From assembly GCF_006345805.1 (NCBI RefSeq), contig NW_021832167.1:1-31349 (forward strand): a stretch of 31,349 nt of DNA. Direction: 5' to 3'. Under the pieces are notes generated by a model. That model did no database searches. It saw only the letters and a program-made list of their open reading frames with translations, and was not told the DNA's origin. Origin of the DNA: Octopus sinensis. Lineage: Eukaryota. Positions 22,107 to 31,349 of this stretch are shown here, piece by piece; the stretch's first letter is position 1; each line of letters begins with the position of its first letter. The translations under genes and the position numbers were made by a program.

Positions 22107-22927
22107 CGTTAGAATATTTTTTCTGTTAAATTCACTTGTGCAGATCATATTATTTGGGATTGGGTGGTCATAGAAGTTGCAATCTAATGTGAGTATAAAA
22201 ACACACCAAATTCTTCTTTCATAGTTAGTGTTGTCTTTTGATTTTGATCTAATTTTATTTCCACATTGTTGTCGGCTAATAAGATTTTTGTTACATTAAT
22301 CACTGTCGTAATTCTTATATGAGAATAACAAAGTATACAGTGTGGGTTGGGACCCGTTTGTGAACATGCACATTTTCTGGTCTTTATAAAAACTACACAG
22401 TCAGTAATTTAAAATACTAAAGCCTGACAGGACGACTGATTTTTGGCGACTGAAAGATGGTTTTTGATGGCATGTGACTTTAATGTTAGAATAAGATTTG
22501 TACAGTTGTGATAATGCGGATAGACGTGCAAAACTATCTACATTCACGTAACGAAGATTATCACAGTAATACAGATTTCTAATAATTCGAAATATTTAAA
22601 TATACATATAGTATAATTTATCCAACCCATCAAATGAGTTGTTTAGTATTTTCTTTAGCGAGTCTCCAACACACTTACTAGTATTAATAAAATATTGATT
22701 ACAATTTGTTCAAATTTTCTAGATGGGAGAATATTTCTCCATTAGGAAATGTAACATTTCTCTTAATGTAAATAAATGTTGAATCTCCCGAGGCATTTTC
22801 TCGATTGAAAATACAGTTGTATAAATTAAGAAATCTTTTAAAATAAGCAATTCTTCAATTACCCTCCTGTCAAATCACAGTCTTTTTGTATCACAAAGCA
22901 AACAAAAAATAGGACAAGTGTCACCAT
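22107..22927 (-). CDS. Secreted or membrane leucine-rich-repeat protein, 5' part (3' end unresolved)
   Basis: Signal MVTLVLFFVCFVIQK. Introns at 22835-22862, 22678-22702, 22579-22605, 22393-22417 and 22184-22206. Phase-2 LRR exon of 72 nt (LKKILNNSFDGLDKLYYI), then a 75-nt LRR unit (NLYYCDNLRYVNVDSFARLSALSQL) and IFSHLENLNKL. Confidence 0.75.
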
Positions 22928-24079
22928 TATAATTTCAGGTCATATTTTATTGTGAATAACTCATTGGTTAGACATTAAATTGATATATTTATTAAACTGT
23001 TTTTTGTTAATATATATTACTTTGCACGTATATTTCGAGGCGTAATGAAAACAATATTTTTTAATCCTGGATGTACAAATATTTCACCTCTCGAGCATTT
23101 TGGACCAATCACTGGACACTAATATCAAGTCCGTAAATAAATCACAATTATTTATAAATTAAACAAAAATTGGCTAACTTAATACTATTTATAAGATATC
23201 GCAAATAAGAAAATTTGTGAACTTATATAATGATAAGTCGATGGCAAGCTAAAAAAAACTTAAATTAGTAGATTATATTGAAGTAAATCCAATTTAAATT
23301 CTTTACTGCATCCGCCTTCTAAAACTTCCAAATAACGATGGCTATTTAGTCCATCCTCTAATGAAGCACTATACCTTAATAAATAAAAAATTTTTGCTGA
23401 TTTCTCAAAATGATTCTCTAATCCAGCTAGTCTAAAGTAAATATTCACATTCTACAATTTTCACGTTTCCTACTCCACAGTAAAAAGTTTTAAATCATCA
23501 ATTAATAAAACATAATTTTTAGATTTCCATCAATAAAAATTTTTAAAGACGTATAATTGTTAGGTTATTTGGAATTTTTAGTACATAATAAGCAAATAAA
23601 ATAGTTGATTTGTGAATTTTTTTAATTAGCGTTTTTTATAAATCTCTAGGAGTCGTCTAAAATGCCGGTTTGTTTCTTGATATCAGGCTTATTAATAAAG
23701 TCAGAATAAATAACAAATAGGTTAGTTTACTCTCTGATTTGATGAATAAATATATTATGAATTAATAGCTTATTGTAAACCCCTATGATTTTAGGAATCT
23801 TAAACTAATAAAATTTGGAAAAATATTTTGAATTTACTTCAAAAGACAAATTTCTGTTAAAATAAAAAAACTTGTTTAAAAATAAAAATATATTAAATCA
23901 TCAATTCATAAAATAATATTAATAAAAGTCCAAATAAAAAGAAACCAAAGAAGTAAGAATTAGTAATTGGAAAATTGAAAAAACCAATATCAAGAAGCAC
24001 ATTAAATATTTATTTTTATTATTTAAATTAATACTTATTATTATTATGAAAATTGAAAGTTTAAACAGAATATAAATTT

Positions 24080-24267
24080 CGGAGATCGGTTTGATGATCT
24101 CGAAGAAGAGTCACAAGAGACGTGAATCTAGCTGGCTTTTTCAGCGCATTTCGCCCGCGATATTGCGCGGAAACTGCCTGTCTATACGCTCGTCCTCTCA
24201 ACCAAAGAATTAAAGTGGATGAATTAGAATTTAATTTTATAACAATAATTGATTAAAAATATATAAA
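24080..24267 (+). mobile_element. Tiny CRE 3'-end insertion with degenerate ~20-bp flanking repeat
   Basis: RRESSWLFQRISPAILRGNCLSIRS. Flanks are tttaaacagaatataaattt (~24060) and tttaaactgaatctatagtt (~24268), 16/20 identical by eye. Confidence 0.7.
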
Positions 24268-25316
24268 TTTAAACTGAATCTATAGTTGCAACATACAGTT
24301 CTATTATTTTAACGGAGTTAATATTTTGACCGCAATTATTAATTAAAGTCAAATAGAATTTAATTTTTTAAAAAATTTGTTATCAGACGATTTAACATAA
24401 AATTACAAAAGCAGAAAACTGTAAAATCTGTTTTTACAATTTTGATATCTTTTCAACATATAAAATAGTTTTTTATGTAGAAAATAACACTTCTTTAATA
24501 ATCATTTTGCTTATAGTTTAAGAAATGTCAATTACTTCTGGAATATTAATTTGAATGCCATTTGTTAACAATTTAGATTTGACTAACGATAACAAAAATA
24601 CAAAAATCCTACCTGTCTTTTATAAAATTATTTTTAGTTAAGTATAGTCGTTTTTAATGCAGTCTAGTTGCTATTAATTTTATCATCGAATATATTTACA
24701 TAAAATTCCCTGCCGAGACATTTGTCATTTTATAATATTTATTTTGACAAAATCGATTTTAAAATAAAATTCGAATATTTTTTTGAATTTTTTTCAAACC
24801 ATCTAGGCTCGGTAACGTACCATGCTCGTGACATATTTGATGAATCTAAAGCATTCATAGTTCTCCTTATTTTTTAGAAAAAACAACAAGAACTTATTCA
24901 CCAATCTAATAAATTCAAAAACTACTTATTGTAAAATAAGTTGACAAGATAAAACATTAATTTTGTTAAAATGAATTGGATCTCAAACATTGTTCACTTG
25001 TTGTAAATTCAGCATATAATAGTTATTTTGGACGTATAGAATATCGATAATATGAGTATCAAATTATACACAATTCGCTGTCTTTCTATGGACAGTTTAC
25101 TCCATATATTCCTAAATATGAAACAGATATAAGACACCTATTTGATTTGACTTTAAATTAAATTTATTATTATTAAAAACAGTATTGCGACCTGTAGGTT
25201 CCTAACTAGCGATTTTGAGGTATATGAACACTCAGTCCTTACATAACGGATATCCACCACTCTTCCATGCAATAAGTCAGCCATAAAAACAAATAAACTC
25301 AAGTAAAATTATTAGA

Positions 25317-25714
25317 TTAAGATTCCATATAATTTATTATATTTGTATTAATATCTTCAAATCTTTGATCCAATTTTTTGATCCAGGAAATTCTAATTCG
25401 TCGTTTAATGTCATATTCATTTAAATTAGATGTAAATCCGCTTTCTATATAAATAGATAATAATAAACAAAACCTGTACAAGATTGACTGATGTAGTCAA
25501 TTTGTTCTTTAAGAGTAACTTGAATATGATTAATGAGATTATAAAAGTCCATGCTGTACTGTTCACAAGAATTATAATTAACATGTTCATTTGACATTTC
25601 ATTTATTAGCTTTGCTTTAATTTAAATAAAAAATTTACCGGCACATTTTAAAGACTCTACTAAATTTTTTTCTATTGAATCAATCATTTTTATCCTTTCT
25701 AAAGTAGCTGACAT
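25317..25714 (-). CDS. MED11: Mediator subunit 11, 114 aa, 3 exons
   Basis: Introns at 25615-25638 (24 nt) and 25445-25473 (29 nt), both phase 1. The product MSATLERIKMIDSIEKNLVESLKCAAKLINEMSNEHVN..FYNLINHIQVTLKEQIDYISQSCT matches [57 protein letters not shown]. Confidence 0.88.
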
Positions 25715-26539
25715 TTTACACCAAAACAGATATTTAAAATATTTAAAAATAAAATATTTATTAATAACAAATTTATAAATTATATTTTTTGTAGAAATAC
25801 TATTTAGAAATGGTTTCTCAAAAATTCTTAGTTCATTAATTGATAAATTCAAAACACGTTTTAAATATTTTAAGCAAGCTCTACATATCATTGAAATATT
25901 TTGAAAATATGTGTTTCAAGAACAGTTTAAAAAATATATCTTAATTATATGTTTTTTTATTTTAATATTTTTGACTTTATAATTATAAAATACAAGCGAC
26001 ACATGGTTCTATAATTTATGTTGTTATGTATTGAATGTTTTTGCTCTTATATGTTATTTTAAGCAGTCTAAAACAGTTTGGTATTATTACTGAGCTCCCT
26101 ATCTACTGCAATATCATCTGGCGTTATTTATTAATTAACTGCCTACATTTGAATCATTAATCAGAAATTAATCTTATATAAAAATGTTATACAAATATTA
26201 CTAAGAAAATTGAATTTAACAAATAATTGAAAGTTGAATAATGTCTTGATGTTGTACAGCCATTTTCCTGTCTTTCTCCACAAAATTTTTTAGTTTGAAT
26301 TTTGCTGATAGAGATGATCTATAAGGTCGGCGTCTTCCACCCTGATAGGGATGTTTTTTAAGATAAAGCATGCAGTTCTAACTACTGCAGATCCAGCAGT
26401 ATACTCGTTAATATCAAACCTATTAATTGAATTTATGTCATAATAAAAAGATGTCAGATTTTATTCGATTTGAACTTTAAAGTTTAATTTAGTTCAATTC
26501 CCTGTACACAAAGAACTGTAGAATTCTTCAATAAAACAA

Positions 26540-27000
26540 TCACGAGAAACGCTTGAAAATAATAGAAATCGATGAACAAAATGTTGGAGATTTTGAAAAT
26601 GCAGTGTTCTGTTATAAAAAGGCTGCCCGCTCATTTTTGAATTCTTACAAAAAATATTGAGAGATAAACGGAATAAACCCTGTTGTTGAAGGTTATATCA
26701 AACTATGTTTAAAGGTAATAATAAAAATAAATTTGAAGATTCAGAGATTTTTGAGCTCAATTAATAATTCAAGTATTTTAATTCGTAATTCTAGTCTAAA
26801 CGGAGTTTTCATTGGTCAAAGATATGCCAAGTCCATTTACGTCTCCCCAATTGATCTTCTAAGATTCATTTTAGAAAATTGGACGTGAAAATAAATCTCA
26901 GCAAAAAGAGTTATTTACAAATTATGCGGTCACCCTCCAAGAAATGACGAAAAATAGAGGTATATAAAATACGAAGATTATTAATTGAAGATTTGAAGGA
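26540..27000 (+). pseudogene. Possible decayed host gene with MIT/TPR-like N-terminus
   Basis: IEIDEQNVGDFENAVFCYKKAARSFL resembles MIT A...DE.G.Y..A...Y..A. It has a plausible 24-nt intron at ~26715 and in-frame stops. Confidence 0.3.
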
Positions 27001-27559
27001 TATTAACAAAAAATATTGCATTTTTTGAATTATATCAGGCCAACAGTCGTCGCAGGGTCAAATTTTGTTCATCAAAGATATGAATACTTGGTCTTTGGAT
27101 AGACATTGAAGCCACTTCTAAAACTTCTAAAAATCCACACTTGTTGAGGCAGAAAGTCGTATTCAAGTTTTGCATGGACTGTTGTAATAGTAATATTATA
27201 ACTGTTTTATTAAAATATCTATTCGATTAATTTTGTATTTTTATTAAAATATGGTGTTTCTATTCGCTGGAGTTTTCTAATAATGCATTGATAACCCAAA
27301 TAGGTTGGAATTTTGTCCAATTACTTGTCAATGTTTTCCCGACTCGAACCATTAATAAAAATTTAACAAAAAATGATTATTTAACGAGAAATGTGAATAA
27401 AAATAGTAATTCATTAGTTATTATTTCTTGCATAGAACATCAATATTGTCGGCAGCTTTCATTTAAACTATCGTACTCAAAATGTAAGGTTGCAATTGTA
27501 TTAAATTATCTAAACATATTTTCAAAAATGCCAAAAAATCATCTACTTTTGGAATCAAA

Positions 27560-27770
27560 CTACAATCCAGCTTCTCTGGAAGACCCTATCAAGTTGAACC
27601 TCGGTCCGTCAGCAAATGCCCCGTCAAAAACGGCCTGCCGCCCGCTGCGTTCTTGTGTGGACTCGTGGAAAGATCACCGAGCGAAGATGAGGTCCCTGGT
27701 CGACTCCATCGGGATCACGTGACTTTTGTTTGATTTTTACCGTCGTCTTGGCGGTTAAATAAAATAAAAA
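27560..27770 (+). mobile_element. Retroelement-like 3' fragment with aaataaaataaaaa tail, homolog of 20000-20190
   Basis: GC-rich island alignable to 20085-20170, ending in an A-rich tail. Confidence 0.5.
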
Positions 27771-28099
27771 TCCATACAATACGCGTTTTGTTTGTCGATC
27801 GGATATGTATAAAATGTATTTGATTGTTGAAATCTAGGCGATTCAAATGTAACTACAACTTAACAGTATTGATTTCGGACTATATGTGAATGGACTGAAG
27901 TATTTGTCCTTTGGCATAGTATTATTAGTGATTAATTCAACATTATAGACGCTTTATAACAATACAAGATTCATCAGAATGTTCACATAGATGTAGACGA
28001 GATTAATGCATTCGTTCTAATCCCTACAAGAATTATACTCACAAAGTTTGTAGTGGGATAAAGATATCGCCATTCCCAAAACTGACATCTTTGAATTAA

Positions 28100-28410
28100 A
28101 TCAATTTTGAGTTGTACAAGTTCTAGAGACAATAAAAAAGTTATCGAACAAAAGAACTTTGAGACAACCCCATCCTATGTCAAGACAATTGGAATAATAT
28201 TACTTTTGCTTTATAGAAAGTCGTATTTGTGAAATTTCTCCACTTCAACTTGTTTTAAACCATCTTGTGAGGTGATAGCCACTTCGATTAGATTTATTTC
28301 TTTTTGTCATACACAAAAATGGCAGGTTTATTGAATTAGACTTTCGTTTCAGTCACAATTGACGTGCCAACTCTAATTTCGACATTTCGAGTCGATATTT
28401 TTGACAAAAC
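28100..28410 (-). mobile_element. R4/Dong-like RLE fragment (third copy)
   Basis: STRNVEIRVGTSIVTETKV*FNKPAIFVYDK..LIEVAITSQDGLKQVEVEKFHKYDFL..IIPIVLT*DGVVSKF. The first part matches ORF 30-578 (STRNVEIRVDTPILTDTQVQFNKPDIFIY). Confidence 0.85.
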
Positions 28411-28436
28411 CAAATTTCTTTTCAATTTACTGCTTC

Positions 28437-28770
28437 GGAATGACAATCTTTCTTTTTCGGGAGGGCAAGTGCCTTGTCTGGGATCCTATGTGCATCGACT
28501 CTTTCTGTCCATCGGCAATCATGTCATCTGCCACTTCCCCGGGTCCGCTGCGGAAAAGGCTGAGACGGCCAAAATTAAAAAATACCAAGAACTTGGACGC
28601 CGTTTTATATTCGTACCAATCGCTTTGGAGACATCGGGCGTCGCAGGGCCTCTAACCTCGGCCTTCATCAGCGACATCGGGAGGAAATTGGCCCACAGGA
28701 CGAAAGAGCCACGCGAGGTTTCGTGGCTATTGCAGCGGATATCCATCGCCATTCTCCGGGGCAACACACG
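28437..28770 (+). mobile_element. CRE RLE fragment
   Basis: GMTIFLFREGKCLVWD.MCIDSF + SAAEKAETAKIKKYQELGRRFIFVPIALETSG..SWLLQRISIAILRGN. Confidence 0.88.
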
Positions 28771-29270
28771 GTACTTTCCGCAGGAGGGTGCGATCTTTAG
28801 CCCCCCAGAATTTCCCCTCTGTACATTCCTAACTTATCGGAGCTTGATCGCCAAAGTTGGTCTGCCAGACTTTTTGAGTTGGATCCTTTCTTTTTCTAGG
28901 CGTGCCTTGCCAACCTTTTTGGAGAATTTTTTGTGATGTTTTGGAGTAGACATAGAATAAGCCTCCAGTATAGAACTGTTGACGTCGGCAATTATTTTAT
29001 CCAGTTTGTTTATCCAGAAAAAGATTCCTGATTTGCGATAATAGTTGATTCCCTCTTGAGTCCGACGTTTGTCGAGCAAACCAAAGGGGGTACTTACGCC
29101 CTTGAATAAACAAACTGAAAAAATGTAAGATCACGACATAGCGAAAATGACATGTGTAATAATAATTCAGTTTTAAAATTGCAAATTATAATTATGCAAT
29201 AATGAGAAAATTTTTATAAAAAGAAAAAGTTCCCAATGAGAATATGCAATTAACCAATTTATGCAATTAA

Positions 29271-29649
29271 CTGATATATTTTAAATGGAATGCATATAAA
29301 TTATGGTTTTAAATGTGCTGCTAAGAAGCCTGAAGATTTAAAGATGTCCAAATATTCTTTCCTTTCGGATGAGTTTTTTGTGGTGCCGATAGCGGTGAAG
29401 ACGTCATGTGCTCTTGGTCCAAAGACGGAAAAATTCCTCCGCAAGCTTGGGGCCAAAATCTCCATTCGCACTTACGATCTTCGGGAGGTGGACTGGCTTT
29501 TTCAGCGGTTTTCGATCGCCGTTATCCGGGGGAACAGTTTGGCGATCCGCCAGGCTGCTGGGCCTTCCTTTGATTAATCTTTTATCACTTTTGCTCGAAC
29601 TAAAAAAATTGAAAAAGAAAATTTCAAGTTTTAAACATAAATTTATGGC
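29271..29649 (+). mobile_element. 5'-truncated CRE insertion with 22-bp TSD
   Basis: AAKKPEDLKMSKY..FFVVPIAVKTS..DWLFQRFSIAVIRGNSLAI. Perfect repeat attaaccaatttatgcaattaa at 29249-29270 and 29650-29671. Confidence 0.88.
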
Positions 29650-29771
29650 ATTAACCAATTTATGCAATTAATCGACATGCAATAAACCAATGTTTACTGT
29701 ACTCCAGATTTGGAAGAAAAATGATTTTTCTCTCAGTTGAGAAGGGAAACGGGCAAATTGATATATAACTA

Positions 29772-31349
29772 TAAGAGGTCGAGAATCCCGAACATGGATT
29801 TGTTTCCTGAGGTTTCCAAAAAAAATTTAATAAGTACTTATCAAACTAGAAATAAAATAATACAAATTACAAATAGACTTATAGCAAATTAACCATTCAA
29901 ATTGTGTAAAAAGCTGCATCTTCTCGCGAAAGCCCACAAAACCATAAAGTATAAGCAATTTGCCGACCAACATCTTTTTTCCCCCGGCATTCAAGACCTC
30001 CTGAGCCTTCGGCCTCCAAACATCAAAATTTTTGAAGGACGTTGCTCTCTATTATTGATCTGAAAAAAATCGATGCATGCTAATCTTCTTGACTGCGACA
30101 GAAAATTCGCGAGCTATCGACTTGGTCAGGATCTAACCGATTCTTGGCAATGCACGCAAATCGAGCTTGTTTTTATTTTCAGAACTTTTCTTTAAAAAAT
30201 TCTAGTAAGGGGGGGGGCAATGACAGGTGCCAAAAACTTTAATGATAAATGGTAAATTAATCAATACGTAAGTTTTGGAATAATTTGTGAATTTTTATAT
30301 AATATCATTGATTTTTACTAATAGAAATTATTTGAAATAGAAACAATAAACTATTTAAATAATCACGTTCTTTGATGCCTAACAAAGTTATTATAAAAAA
30401 TAATGAAGAGTAAAACATATTAAAATTCATCCTCGCTCGATAAGAACTGAATATATTAGCTTCTCGGAAGTATAAACTAAAAAAGAAGGTTCTTTCGTAG
30501 CTATATGCGGACATTTGCAGAATGGATTCACGACGCTAATTATTGTGAACACAATTCATTAGAAGAATTTTGTGGAAAATGATTTTATTAAAAGAGATAA
30601 TATTCATCAGGTGGTAAAAGACTGGAATATATGCCAGTCTGCAGTTCTAATGAAACAATATCACGACATAAGTCATATTTTTTACGTTTTTATCGAATGA
30701 TAGATTTCAGATTGATATGATTCACATAAAAAGGTATAAAATTGTGTTATTTCCAAGGTTTGTAAATGACAATGATAAATTTTGTTGGCTGTTAACTGTT
30801 ATTGACGTCTATTCAAGATATAGTGTCATAAAGGAATCTTAGAACTAAAAATTCTATTAGTGTTGTGAAAAATTAAACGACATCTGCATGACTAATTGCC
30901 TTTGCCAATATTTTGACAACGGGACAGAATTCTAAAATATTCGACTTTCTAATTTATGTGAAAAATTCAAAATTACTCGAATTCATGGAAGGCCTTAGAA
31001 TCAAGGAATAGTTGAACGATTTAATCAGACAATCACAAGAAGTTTATGAAAATTTATGGCTTTTGACGATAAAAAAAAGTGGATAAAACATATTCGAAAG
31101 GCTGTATTTTCTACAGTCAAAGAGCTCATTCATTCACATATAAATTGTATTTTTTAATTTTCTAGGCTTTAGTACGTTTCAAAAATATCGTGGTATTTTT
31201 AGATTCAACATTGTTGTTGAATCTAATGTTGAGAAAAATCCAAAAAGTTCTGATATGGAGGAATTAGAAGTTGTAGAAAATTCCGACATTCATAATAAAT
31301 GTTTTTTATTGATATTTATTAGTAAATATGATGAGTATTCATGTAATTT
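29772..31349 (+). mobile_element. Integrase-carrying unit, copy 2 (runs off the window end)
   Basis: Colinear with 13855-15479, with scattered substitutions and a ~50-bp deletion at ~30508 between atat microhomologies. Upstream flanks differ. Confidence 0.85.

Noticed and set aside
25715-25891. N-terminal extension of ORF 25622-25891
   Set aside because: MED11 homology starts at the ATG at 25714; the upstream part is AT-rich low-complexity sequence.
26250-26420. FILKNIPIRVEDADLIDHLYQQN on the minus strand as a LINE gag remnant
   Set aside because: Single short motif without supporting knuckles or flanks; too weak to call.
27288-27722. 144-aa ORF as a gene
   Set aside because: Chance fusion of AT-rich DNA with the repeated fragment at 27560-27770.

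Overview
AT-rich eukaryotic DNA read in the standard genetic code, not prokaryotic; no rRNA, tRNA or CRISPR was found. The ORF track is misleading because host genes are cut every ~70-190 nt by tiny spliceosomal introns (23-32 nt). Manual splicing recovers CNOT2/NOT2 (4871-5873, 8 introns), MED11 (25317-25714, 2 introns), two paralogous orphan type-I membrane protein genes (7709-8743 and 16602-17705), a signal-peptide LRR protein gene (5' part 22107-22927), and decayed fragments of SORD, NAP1 and a second NOT2. The intron size range resembles that described for dicyemid mesozoans; that taxon guess is inference only. Between the genes lies a transposon graveyard: a near full-length APE-RT LINE plus 3' fragments, three R4/Dong-like RLE fragments, at least 8 CRE-like RLE fragments (two with 22-23 bp target duplications), a Tc1 with TIRs and TA flanks, a hAT (Charlie/SPIN-like) with TIRs and an 8-bp TSD, a pogo/Tigger fragment, and three copies of a retroviral-like-integrase element, two of them a ~1.6 kb near-identical pair. 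Best leads: DNA transposons that seem to carry host-type 24-nt introns, an integrase element with unusual termini, CRE targeting of ATTAAC sites, and a LINE ORF1 with clustered LC8-type TQT motifs.
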